The notes below the pieces were generated by a model. The model was not told where the DNA came from. It ran no database searches and worked only from the letters and a program-made list of their open reading frames with translations. A program made the translations under genes and the position numbers. From Pseudodesulfovibrio mercurii (GTDB lineage Bacteria; Desulfobacterota; Desulfovibrionia; Desulfovibrionales; Desulfovibrionaceae), in NCBI RefSeq assembly GCF_000189295.2, contig NC_016803.1, forward strand, positions 210,001-242,000: DNA of 32,000 bases. Reading direction: 5' to 3'. This document shows positions 8,653 through 16,766 of the stretch, piece by piece. The first letter of the stretch is position 1. Each line of letters begins with the position of its first letter.

Positions 8653-8739
8653 TCGCCTCAGTTGGTCTGTATGATCCAATCCGGCAAATCCATGGAAGCA
8701 TCGGCATGGTTGTCACCTGCCGGGTAACCGGACATGCGC

Positions 8740-8755
8740 TTTCAACCGGTTGAAA
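8740..8755. promoter_or_regulatory. perfect 16 bp palindrome (candidate operator)
   Basis: TTTCAACCGGTTGAAA equals its own reverse complement. It lies between the divergently oriented DnaB-like gene and the nuclease cassette. Confidence 0.45.
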
Positions 8756-8888
8756 CGCGCCGAAGAAGGAAATGTCGTTCCAGTTCCGGCTGGGGTGGCT
8801 TGAGATGGTGTCGCCGGCCCGGCCGTACCGGTCGGACGTCCCGATGTCACAAGATCAGGGTTGGCATGGTCCCGTTGAAGGGACGCAG

Positions 8889-8905
8889 GGAGAATGCCAT
8901 TCTCC
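8889..8905. promoter_or_regulatory. 17 bp palindrome next to a putative -35 box (candidate operator)
   Basis: GGAGAATG C CATTCTCC: perfect 8 bp arms around one central base, ending 3 nt before the putative -35 hexamer at 8909. Confidence 0.45.
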
Positions 8906-8908
8906 TTA

Positions 8909-8937
8909 TTAAGCAACCAAAGGCAAATACATATATA
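8909..8937 (+). promoter_or_regulatory. putative sigma70-like promoter for the nuclease cassette
   Basis: TTAAGC, a 17 nt spacer, then TATATA, ending 11 nt upstream of ATG 8949. GAGG lies between. Pattern match only. Confidence 0.3.
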
Positions 8938-8948
8938 GCGAGGCAGCC

Positions 8949-9914
8949 ATGGGCAGAGGTTTGGAGAGATTTTTTATTGATGATCTGAATGCCGGGAAAC
9001 TGGTGCCTGTTTTGGAACGGGTGAAGAAAGACCATACGTTGGATCTACAAATCCGCAATAACGAAATCCATGTATACTACCGTGGCGGCAAACTTGTAGG
9101 CATTGCGCCGAAATCCTCCGCATATTCCTATGACGTTTCATTTGATAAAAGCTATCTCAATGATTTTCATTTGGATATCCCCTTGGTGCCCCCCATAACA
9201 AATGTACAAACAGCAAATGAATGTGTCGCGCAATTCCAATCCATGAAGTTGGCCATGGATTATAACTTTTCCAAATACAAAAAAACCGAGCGCGAGTTCC
9301 AACAATTGATTTCTCGCGAGAACAGCTACTCTTCGGTATCAAACGCTACGGACTATTTCGTCGTGGATGTGGAGTTCGAGAAGAATGTGGGTGCCGTCAC
9401 GACGAAGTTTGATGTGATGGCGATAAAATGGGTGAGCACTTCCGGGGCGCGGAAACTCTCCAAGGGGTACAGGCCGAAGTTGGCGATTGTCGAAGTGAAG
9501 TATGGCGACAGCGCGTTGACGGGGGCTGCGGGGCTGGTTGACCATCTTGAAAAGACCTGTTCCTGTCTGCGGGATCAACGGGTCGCCGAAGACATCAAGG
9601 CGACGATTCTGACCCAGTTCAACCAGAAGCGGGAGCTTGGGCTCGTCCTCTTCTCAAAGGGGGGGAACACAAACGAAGTCGTTGCGCTTGATGACCGGCC
9701 CGAATTTATCTTTCTGCTTGCCAATCACGACCCGGCGTCCACCACTTTGGCCACTGAACTTGCATCCGATGCATTCAAGACGGCATTTGCGGAGCTGCGG
9801 CAATATGCGGATATCCGTTTCGCAATATCGTCCTTCATGGGCTATGGGCTGTTCGAGGAGTGCCTTTTGGACGTGAACGAATTCAAATCAACCTTGGCAA
9901 GGCAGTCCGCCTGA
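8949..9914 (+). CDS. hypothetical protein with PD-(D/E)xK-nuclease-like core (predicted)
   Basis: ATG at 8949 with GAGG upstream; 321 aa. Candidate restriction-endonuclease-fold signature: TEREFQ (E) ... KFDVMAIKW (D), 24 residues, then KLAIVEVKYG (E-x-K). No named family recognised. The stop TGA 9912-9914 overlaps the next ATG. Confidence 0.6.
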   Translation: MGRGLERFFIDDLNAGKLVPVLERVKKDHTLDLQIRNNEIHVYYRGGKLVGIAPKSSAYSYDVSFDKSYLNDFHLDIPLVPPITNVQTANECVAQFQSMKLAMDYNFSKYKKTEREFQQLISRENSYSSVSNATDYFVVDVEFEKNVGAVTTKFDVMAIKWVSTSGARKLSKGYRPKLAIVEVKYGDSALTGAAGLVDHLEKTCSCLRDQRVAEDIKATILTQFNQKRELGLVLFSKGGNTNEVVALDDRPEFIFLLANHDPASTTLATELASDAFKTAFAELRQYADIRFAISSFMGYGLFEECLLDVNEFKSTLARQSA

Positions 9915-11167
9915 TGCGTATAACCATCCACCGCGGGACCAACGAGATCGGCGGCAGTTGTGTCGAAGTCGAATACAACGGCACTCGGCTCCTGCTTGAT
10001 GCCGGAACGCCTCTTGATGATTCCCCGGCCGCACTTCCCGCCGACATCGACGCCTATGCGGGCGTGCTGATTTCACACAGCCATCAGGACCACTACGGAT
10101 TGGTCGAAAGATTGCCGGAAGATGTCCCTCTGTACATGGGGAAGGTCGCCTGGCAGTTCGCGCAAAGCCTGAGGCTCTTTACGAAGACCGGCGATTTGCT
10201 GACGCACAATCCCATCCCTTTGGAAGCTGGTAAAACGTTTCGGGTTGGAGATATCTCCGTCACTCCATACCTGGCCGACCATTCCTCTCCCGATGCCTTT
10301 GGTTTCCTGCTGGAGGCGGGAGGGCGCGTCGTCTACTACACCGGCGATTTTCGCGCTCACGGGAGAAAGTCCAAGACCTTCGACTACCTGTGTTCCCGTC
10401 TGCCGAGGAAAATGGACGCCATCCTTCTTGAAGGGACCATGATGGATCGAGGGAATTCTGCGTTCGCCAGTGAGCGTGAAGTGGAAGAAGGCATGGTCGA
10501 AGCCATTCGTGCGGAAAGCGGAATAGTGTGCCTCAATTGTTCGGCTCAGAATATCGACCGGATGGTTTCCGCATTCCGCGCCGCCAAGCGGTCCGGCAGA
10601 ATCCTTGTCGTGGACATCTACACGGCGTGGATCCTGAGGTTGGCCCAACAGCTATCAGCCAACATCCCCGACATCAATTGGGACGGCATGCGCGTGCTTT
10701 CCCATAACAGGCCCGCGGCCGGGTACTATCGCAATGTGAAGGAGCACGCCGAGTTCTTTGGCGGCTTCCTCCAGGACCTCTACAACTCCGGGAATGAGCT
10801 TTGGGTGCAGAACCTCGTTGATTCTCCGTCGAAATATCTCATCAAGTTGAGTGATTACTGGCTGGCCGACATCCTCGACAGGCTTCCCGGGATATCCTCG
10901 ACCATCATCTATTCGCAGTGGGCCGGATATCTTGAGGAGGGGACGCCGCAGTACAATGCAAAAGCGGCCAGCCTGAAGGGGCGCGAGAACTCGACGTTCA
11001 GGCTGATCCATACCAGCGGACACGCCGTGCGCGAGGACTTGATGCGGCTGGTCGGTTCCGTCGAGCCTCAAACGGTCATTCCGCTCCATACCGAGCACAA
11101 GAACGCGTATGCGGAGTATTTCCCCAATGTTCATGTCCTGGATGACGGGGAAGTTTTCGAACTTTAG
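9914..11167 (+). CDS. beta-CASP-type metallo-beta-lactamase-fold nuclease
   Basis: ATG at 9914 (MRITIHRGTNEIGGSCVEVEYNGTRLLLDAGT) shares one base with the preceding stop (TGATG). MBL motifs: LLLDAG, ISHSHQDHYG (HxHxDH), YLADHS, YYTGDF. Beta-CASP-like motifs: LLEGTMMD, HTSGHA, VIPLHTEH, resembling RNase J/CPSF/Artemis-type enzymes. Confidence 0.85.
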   Translation: MRITIHRGTNEIGGSCVEVEYNGTRLLLDAGTPLDDSPAALPADIDAYAGVLISHSHQDHYGLVERLPEDVPLYMGKVAWQFAQSLRLFTKTGDLLTHNPIPLEAGKTFRVGDISVTPYLADHSSPDAFGFLLEAGGRVVYYTGDFRAHGRKSKTFDYLCSRLPRKMDAILLEGTMMDRGNSAFASEREVEEGMVEAIRAESGIVCLNCSAQNIDRMVSAFRAAKRSGRILVVDIYTAWILRLAQQLSANIPDINWDGMRVLSHNRPAAGYYRNVKEHAEFFGGFLQDLYNSGNELWVQNLVDSPSKYLIKLSDYWLADILDRLPGISSTIIYSQWAGYLEEGTPQYNAKAASLKGRENSTFRLIHTSGHAVREDLMRLVGSVEPQTVIPLHTEHKNAYAEYFPNVHVLDDGEVFEL

Positions 11168-11182
11168 CTACATGGCGGCAGA

Positions 11183-12178
11183 ATGCGCGGGACACAGATA
11201 ATTCAGCTTTTCAAGGGCATCCAGGCCCTGAGCAAGACCAACGGCACGACCATCAATGAGCTCATGGAAGTGCTCGGCAGGAACGACAGGAAAGCGGCCT
11301 ACCGCATGCTCGAGACCATTCAGGGGATCGGTGTGCCGGTGTATGAAGAAAAAATACATGGCCAGCGCGCCAAGAGATGGAAAATCGATGAGACTTCCCG
11401 GCAAAAGCTGGCCGGATTGAACCTGCCCGACTTCACCATATCGCTTCCCGACATCGTTGCCCTTCAATTGCTGCGGTCTCAAGCCACGGTATTCAAAGGA
11501 ACGGAAATTGAGACCACTCTCAATCGGCTGTTTTCGCGGCTCGATGCATTTGTGCCGGAAGGGTTGTTCGCCTCGTTGAGCAAGCTGGGGCCTTTGTTCG
11601 GGTCTTCCAATAAATGGGCGAAAGACTATTCGGGGAAGGAGGGCATACTGGATTCGCTTGTCGAAGCCATGCTCGAGCGCAGGACCTGCCTCGTCAGGTA
11701 TCACTCCTTTCAACAGGGCAGGGAGACGCGGTTCAAGATTGATCCGTTGTATTTCTTTGAATACTCGGGCGGCTTGTATCTTTTCGTCAGGACAACCGCC
11801 TATGACGACATCCGGATTCTGGCCCTTGAACGGGTTCGGGAGGTCGCCCCGACCAGTGACGGATTCGAGGAGCCGAAGGACTTCGATGCTCGGGCCCGGC
11901 TCAGCGAACCGTTCGGCATCATAGCCGATGACCCCATAGAAGCGACGGTTCGCGTGTCGGCCGATCAAGCCCGGTACTTACTGGAGCGCCCGTATTTTCG
12001 AGAACGGGTCGTGGCGGAGGAATCGGATGGCGCGGTCATCGTCCAATTGAACACCTCCGGCCGTCACGACGTTGTCAAATGGATACTCTCGTTGGGATCG
12101 CAGGCGGAAGTGCTTGGACCGCCCGAACTCAGGGCTGATGTGAAGAAAGAGCTTGAAGCGACGTTGTCGGGGTACTGA
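11183..12178 (+). CDS. WYL-domain transcriptional regulator (wHTH-WYL-WCX architecture)
   Basis: N-terminal winged HTH (TINELMEVLGRNDRKAAYRMLETIQGIGVPVYEE). Central WYL-like block (CLVRYHSFQQGRETRFKIDPLYFFEYSGGLYLFV). C-terminal extension. ATG lies 15 nt after the MBL stop. Confidence 0.85.
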   Translation: MRGTQIIQLFKGIQALSKTNGTTINELMEVLGRNDRKAAYRMLETIQGIGVPVYEEKIHGQRAKRWKIDETSRQKLAGLNLPDFTISLPDIVALQLLRSQATVFKGTEIETTLNRLFSRLDAFVPEGLFASLSKLGPLFGSSNKWAKDYSGKEGILDSLVEAMLERRTCLVRYHSFQQGRETRFKIDPLYFFEYSGGLYLFVRTTAYDDIRILALERVREVAPTSDGFEEPKDFDARARLSEPFGIIADDPIEATVRVSADQARYLLERPYFRERVVAEESDGAVIVQLNTSGRHDVVKWILSLGSQAEVLGPPELRADVKKELEATLSGY

Positions 12179-12265
12179 TTCCCGAGAGGCGCACTGCACG
12201 TCCGAGCAAAAGGTCCGCAAAAACGAAAAAGGATTCGCCGAGTTGTCCTAACCCCTTGCCTTTTC

Positions 12266-12318
12266 TGGGCGGGAGGAGAGGCTTTGAACCCCCGATCTAT
12301 GGGGCCCGAGCGGGATGC
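12266..12318 (-). pseudogene. decayed 3' half of a tRNA-Pro-like gene (no 5' half present)
   Basis: 12269-12314 aligns without gaps to 27101-27146 of the intact tRNA-Pro with 36/46 identities, including TGG(CCA end), the T arm GGTTCAAAG and GATCT. The anticodon stem is no longer complementary. No CCTCCCG partner for the acceptor stem is found upstream. Confidence 0.55.
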
Positions 12319-12518
12319 TTTTCGTGTCTCCTTGTAATGATTAAGTTTATTCGTCACATGGGAAATACCCATAAACCGGATCCCAAATGCGACAAGACAT
12401 GTGACGGAAACCATTCTCGTGGTTTTGGGGGGAGTTTGATGTGTGGGGATACCGTGAGTGCCGTTCCTCCTTGGTGGGGGCAAATGATTTGAGCGATTCC
12501 TTCTTGAAATGTCCCGGG

Positions 12519-12992
12519 ATGCCCATTGCGAGAAGCCTAACGAATGAAGATGTAACGCATGTTCTGGCTGCTCTGTTTACGACGAGAGAACAGCCAGACT
12601 ATCTGCGATCCGACAACGGCTCCGAGTTCGCGGCTGAAGCCCTCTGCGGATGGTTGAAGGATGTCGGAGTCAATACTGCATCCATTAAACCCGGTAGCCC
12701 TGGGGAGAATGGCTATAGCGAAAGCTTCAATGGCAAATTGCCGGAGGGATGGATTCACGGAGAGCTTCTCTGTTCGTTGAAAGAAGCACAGATCGTGATC
12801 GAAAATCGGCGGCGGGAATACGACACGATAAGGCCTCACGGCTCATTGGAATACCAACCCCCAGCGTCGGTCGCGCCCCTCGGGGTGGAGTTGGGCTCGG
12901 GCTGGACAACCTCGGCAGGAAGAGTGCAGACTGGCATAAGCCCGGACCATAAACCGGGGACAGGTCAACATGTGGACGGTTTTTGTCTGTGA
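12519..12992 (+). mobile_element. truncated IS transposase (C-terminal part of an rve/DDE integrase core, IS3-family-like), pseudogene
   Basis: DYLRSDNGSEFAAEALCGWLKDVGVNTASIKPGSPGENGYSESFNGKL...EAQIVIENRRREYDTIRPHGSLEYQPPA matches the second-D to E region and the YN..RPH tail of DDE transposases. The HTH and first catalytic D region are absent. Conserved positions are eroded (SPGENGY where I recall SPWENGY in this motif). Confidence 0.7.
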
Positions 12993-14125
12993 AGAAGATT
13001 CGTGTCATTGTGAACGCGATCCCATTGATGAACGTGAAGACGGGGATCGGACGGTACGTTGAATCGCTGTACTCGACGATGGAGAGACAGTATTCGGATC
13101 TGTTCGAGTTCCGCTATTTCGACGGCGTCGGTGCCGCAAGTTCCCTTCCCTCCGGGGCACGGGACCTTGACCACTGGTCCTCGAAGGCCGCCTTGTTCTG
13201 GAAACTGCCGCCGTCGCTATCGTTTCTGATCCGGCTGGCCCTGCACCACGTGCGCGAACGCAGGCTGCTGTCCCTGTCAAGGAAGTTCGACGTCTACCAC
13301 GAGACGGCCATGTTCCCCTTTCGCGTGCAGGATGGCGTGGCCACGCTGCTGACCGTGCATGATCTTTCCCTGGAGCGATATCCGCAGTTCCATCCCGCCG
13401 AGCGGGTTCGCTATTTCAACAGATTTTTCGGCAAACGGCTGCGCCTGGCCGACGCGTTCGTGTCGGTTTCGGACTTTACCCGCCATGAGCTGCTGTCCGC
13501 GCACGACCTGGATTCGAGGACCGTCGCGGTGACGCCGCTGGCCTGCGACAAGGACCTGTTCCACCACCGTCAGGGGGAAGAAGTCGAGGCGGTCAAGCGG
13601 GAGCTCGGCATACGCGGGGACTACTTCCTGTCCGTCGGCACGAACGACCCCAGGAAGAACCTCCCCCTCATCTTCGAGGCCGTTCACGGGAGCCCGGACA
13701 CGCAGATGGTCATCGCGGGCTGGTCCGGTTGGGGCGGAAAGCTCCCCGGGGGAGTTCGCGATGTGGGCTATGTCTCCGACCAGACCCTTGCCTGCCTCTA
13801 CAGCGGGGCCACGGCCCTGGTCTATCCCAGCCTCTACGAGGGGTTCGGCCTGCCGGTGCTGGAGGCCATGTCCTGCGGCTGTCCCGTTGTCCTGACCCGG
13901 GAGGCCAGCCTGCCCGAGGTGGCCGGGGAGGCCGGTTGCTACCTGAGCGGCCCCCGCGCCGTGGAGGAGCTCGTCTCCATCATGGAGCGGCTCGGGACGG
14001 ATGAAGCGTTCCGCCGGGAGAAGTCGGCCGCGTCCCTGGAACGGGCCGAACTCTTCTCCTGGGAGCGGACAGCGCTGCTGACCAAGGAGGCCATCCTGGC
14101 CGCCTACAGGGCGAAGCACCCGTGA
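12989..14125 (+). CDS. glycosyltransferase family 4 (GT1-superfamily)
   Basis: C-terminal signature [23 protein letters not shown]. The N-terminus KKIRVIVNAIP is typical. The track start at 12983 is TTG; GTG at 12989 (MKKIRV) is preferred. Confidence 0.85.
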   Translation: MKKIRVIVNAIPLMNVKTGIGRYVESLYSTMERQYSDLFEFRYFDGVGAASSLPSGARDLDHWSSKAALFWKLPPSLSFLIRLALHHVRERRLLSLSRKFDVYHETAMFPFRVQDGVATLLTVHDLSLERYPQFHPAERVRYFNRFFGKRLRLADAFVSVSDFTRHELLSAHDLDSRTVAVTPLACDKDLFHHRQGEEVEAVKRELGIRGDYFLSVGTNDPRKNLPLIFEAVHGSPDTQMVIAGWSGWGGKLPGGVRDVGYVSDQTLACLYSGATALVYPSLYEGFGLPVLEAMSCGCPVVLTREASLPEVAGEAGCYLSGPRAVEELVSIMERLGTDEAFRREKSAASLERAELFSWERTALLTKEAILAAYRAKHP

Positions 14126-14129
14126 CGGT

Positions 14130-15407
14130 CTACCCCATCCTTCGCAAGCGCATCTTGTTCAGCGAGAACTCTCCGCTCTTGTTGCCGGTCCGCAGGACAA
14201 ACTCGAACTTCGTCAGGTCGCGGTAGGCGATGAAGTCGTATTCGTTCCGGCCCGGGGTCAGGTGCAGCGATTCGACCTTGTAGCCGAAGCGTTCGCTGAT
14301 ATCGAGATCAAAGGAGCCGTTGATTTCGCCGTCGATGGTCAGCCGATAGGCTCCCCTGGGCAGATACCAGTACGGACCGTGGAAGAGTATATCGCCCTCG
14401 CGGCGGTCCCTGGCCTGCGAACGGTATGCTCCGTTTTCCATGCCGCCATTGAGGATGTTGAAATCGCACGGGAAAATATCAACGAAGTTTCTTTCGAGCC
14501 CGCCTTCCTCGATCCGTTCCGGGCGTCCGGCCAGGAAATACCCTCCGGTGGTCGTGAACTCGGCGTGGTCGGTCCGCCGGATGGTCGTCCCCGCAATGGC
14601 GTAGATCTGGTAGCCGAGGGAACCGAGCAGCTCGAACAGATCGTCGGCGATGTCGCTGTCGGCCGCCAGCTTTTCGAAGAGGAGAACCGCTTTCGGGGAT
14701 CTTTCAAGCACGGGGAGCATGCCGGTCAGGGCCTTGAGCTCATGGCCTTCGACGTCGAGTTTGATCATGCTGACGCTCGTGCCTTCGGGCAGGACGCTGT
14801 CGAGGGTGCGGACCTGGACCACGTCGCCGTTGCCGTCGCCGCCTTCGAGACTTCCCCCGCCGGCGTGGTCCTTGGGCAGCGACAGGCTGGCTTCGCCGTC
14901 GCGGTTGGAGATGGCGCAGCTGTTGATGTCGATGATGTGCGTGTACCCATTCAGAAAGACGGAGCGCGAAAACAGCTGCCGGATCCTGTCGTTGGGCTCA
15001 AAGGCGTGAATCCTGCCCTGGCGGAGATACGGCGCCAGCCGGAGAGAGTAGACCCCGAGGTTCGCCCCCACGTCCAGGGCGATCCCGTCGGGCGTGCGGT
15101 AGGAAAGAAATACTCCCCATTCTTCCTCTTCATACATGCCGCCGTTGATGAAGTTGAGCGGGCAGCCGATGTCGTCCGTGTTCACGAAGATCGGCGTCTC
15201 ATCCTTCAGGTAGGTCAGCGATTCATTCCTGCCCAGATAGGACGACGTCCGGTTCTTGATGAAATCGACGTCGTTCAATATCCGGTCGAGCTTCCGTTCC
15301 ACTTCGTTCTGCCACATCGTTTGAATAATACTCACCGCATCTTCCTGTTCTTTAAGGTTTTCGTTTATTGTGTCATGCCCGGCCCGGAGCCATCGCCCCG
15401 ACCGCAT
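14130..15407 (-). CDS. FkbM-family SAM-dependent methyltransferase with extra C-terminal domain
   Basis: ALDVGANLGVYSL (SAM-binding glycine loop), IHAFEPN, IKLDVEGHELKAL: typical FkbM/TIGR01444 motifs. About 150 further residues follow (HGPYWYLPRGAYRL...). The start is uncertain: ATG 15407, GTG 15335 with AGGAAG upstream, or ATG 15317. Confidence 0.8.
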   Translation of the reverse strand: MRSGRWLRAGHDTINENLKEQEDAVSIIQTMWQNEVERKLDRILNDVDFIKNRTSSYLGRNESLTYLKDETPIFVNTDDIGCPLNFINGGMYEEEEWGVFLSYRTPDGIALDVGANLGVYSLRLAPYLRQGRIHAFEPNDRIRQLFSRSVFLNGYTHIIDINSCAISNRDGEASLSLPKDHAGGGSLEGGDGNGDVVQVRTLDSVLPEGTSVSMIKLDVEGHELKALTGMLPVLERSPKAVLLFEKLAADSDIADDLFELLGSLGYQIYAIAGTTIRRTDHAEFTTTGGYFLAGRPERIEEGGLERNFVDIFPCDFNILNGGMENGAYRSQARDRREGDILFHGPYWYLPRGAYRLTIDGEINGSFDLDISERFGYKVESLHLTPGRNEYDFIAYRDLTKFEFVLRTGNKSGEFSLNKMRLRRMG

Positions 15408-15436
15408 CGAAGCGGCGGGCGACGGGCCGCATGCCG

Positions 15437-16714
15437 TCAGTACAGGGCCGCCAGCCGCTCCCGGTATCGTTCGGGAGCGAACCGCCCGGCCTGTTTTTTC
15501 CCTTTGGCGATGCAGCGTTCCCGCAGCTCGCGGTCGTTTTCAAAGGCAAGAATGGCGTCCGTGATCTCCCGGGGCCGATAAGGATCGACATACAGCGGCG
15601 CGTCGCCCCCGACTTCTGGTAACGAACTCGTGTTCGAGGTGATCACCGGCGTGCCCAGGGACATGGCCTCGAGCACCGGCAGCCCGAACCCTTCGTAGAG
15701 TGACGGGAAAACGAGTCCCCTGGCCCCCTGGATCAGGGCGACGAGGGCGTCGAAGGGCACGTATTCGAGGTGGATGATCTTCCGCCCCGGCGCATGCGCC
15801 TCCATTGTCCGCTTCTCCCGTTCATATTTCCAGCCGAACGGCCCGACAATGACCAGCGGGCTTTGCACGTTCGCGGCCAGATAGGCCTCGATCAGTGTCC
15901 CGTGGTTCTTTTTGGGCTCGATCGCGCCGACGGCGATGAAATATCCGTCCGGAGACAGGCCGTGCGTCCCGTCGAGAAACCGGGCCAGCGCCGTTTCCTC
16001 CCGGATCAGGGAAGGCGGTATCTCCACGGCCTGGTACGTATTGTGCGTCTTGGCCCCGGCCTCCGGGCACAGGGCGGCGATGTCCCTTTTCGAGTTCTCG
16101 GAGACCGTGATGATCTTGTCCGCCGTTTTGACGATCCTGCGCAGCAGTCGCATGTACAGCGGCTTGTCGTCGAGGGTCGTGTCCGGCAGCTTGGCCGGGA
16201 TGACGTCGTGGATGGTGTAGTAGTTGCGCCCGTTGGCCAGCCTGATGGGCAGGGGGGAGGTCCAGTGGGCCACATCGATGCCGGGTACGTCGATGGTCAG
16301 GAATCGCCCGGTCAGAAAGAAGATGGCCCAGGCGGCCGTGTACACCGCCGTGCTGCTCAGCACTCGGCAATGCGGCGGCACCCGGCCTTCATGGGGCCGC
16401 TTGTCGGCGGACCCGTCCGTCCTGATCTCATGGCAGGTCGCACCGCGAACGAGGTCCCTGAACGAGATCTTCAGGATATCCATTTTCTCTCGGAGCGTCG
16501 CAGTGGAAAATCCCGTGTACGCATGGGGGGCGTGAAAGGAGATTTCATCAAGCGGGCCGCCTTGTCCGCCGCTTCCCGGAGTTGCGTGGTAGCCGTACAG
16601 GACGGACATGTCGTGCCCAAGGGCCGTCAGGGACGCCGTCAGGTTCCGGGCATAGGTGGAGATTCCGGTTCCCTCCGGTTGGCCCAATTTATGTCCGTCC
16701 ACCAATATTTTCAT
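15437..16714 (-). CDS. glycosyltransferase family 4
   Basis: [26 protein letters not shown]-terminus and [33 protein letters not shown] signature. ATG at 16714. Confidence 0.85.
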   Translation of the reverse strand: MKILVDGHKLGQPEGTGISTYARNLTASLTALGHDMSVLYGYHATPGSGGQGGPLDEISFHAPHAYTGFSTATLREKMDILKISFRDLVRGATCHEIRTDGSADKRPHEGRVPPHCRVLSSTAVYTAAWAIFFLTGRFLTIDVPGIDVAHWTSPLPIRLANGRNYYTIHDVIPAKLPDTTLDDKPLYMRLLRRIVKTADKIITVSENSKRDIAALCPEAGAKTHNTYQAVEIPPSLIREETALARFLDGTHGLSPDGYFIAVGAIEPKKNHGTLIEAYLAANVQSPLVIVGPFGWKYEREKRTMEAHAPGRKIIHLEYVPFDALVALIQGARGLVFPSLYEGFGLPVLEAMSLGTPVITSNTSSLPEVGGDAPLYVDPYRPREITDAILAFENDRELRERCIAKGKKQAGRFAPERYRERLAALY

Positions 16715-16766
16715 TTCGAGTCCATGGTGCAGCCATGCGGGATATCCACTTGGTGCGGCCGGATTC

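Noticed and set aside
8525-8716. 64 aa N-terminal extension of the DnaB-like ORF
   Set aside because: An internal ATG at 8524 has a strong AGGAG site and gives a DnaB-typical length and N-terminus. The extension would run through the long palindrome and has no DnaB similarity.
12266-12318. Possibility that the 12.2 kb tRNA-like sequence is a functional tRNA
   Set aside because: No complementary 5' acceptor strand (CGGGAGG) is found within 100 nt upstream. The anticodon stem equivalents (TCCCG / CCCAT) do not pair. It is kept only as a remnant.
12441-12518. Upstream part of the transposase-fragment ORF (MWGYRECRSSLVGANDLSDSFLKCPG)
   Set aside because: It has no similarity to transposase N-terminal regions. 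It is most likely fortuitous read-in from junction DNA, so the fragment is not a complete gene.
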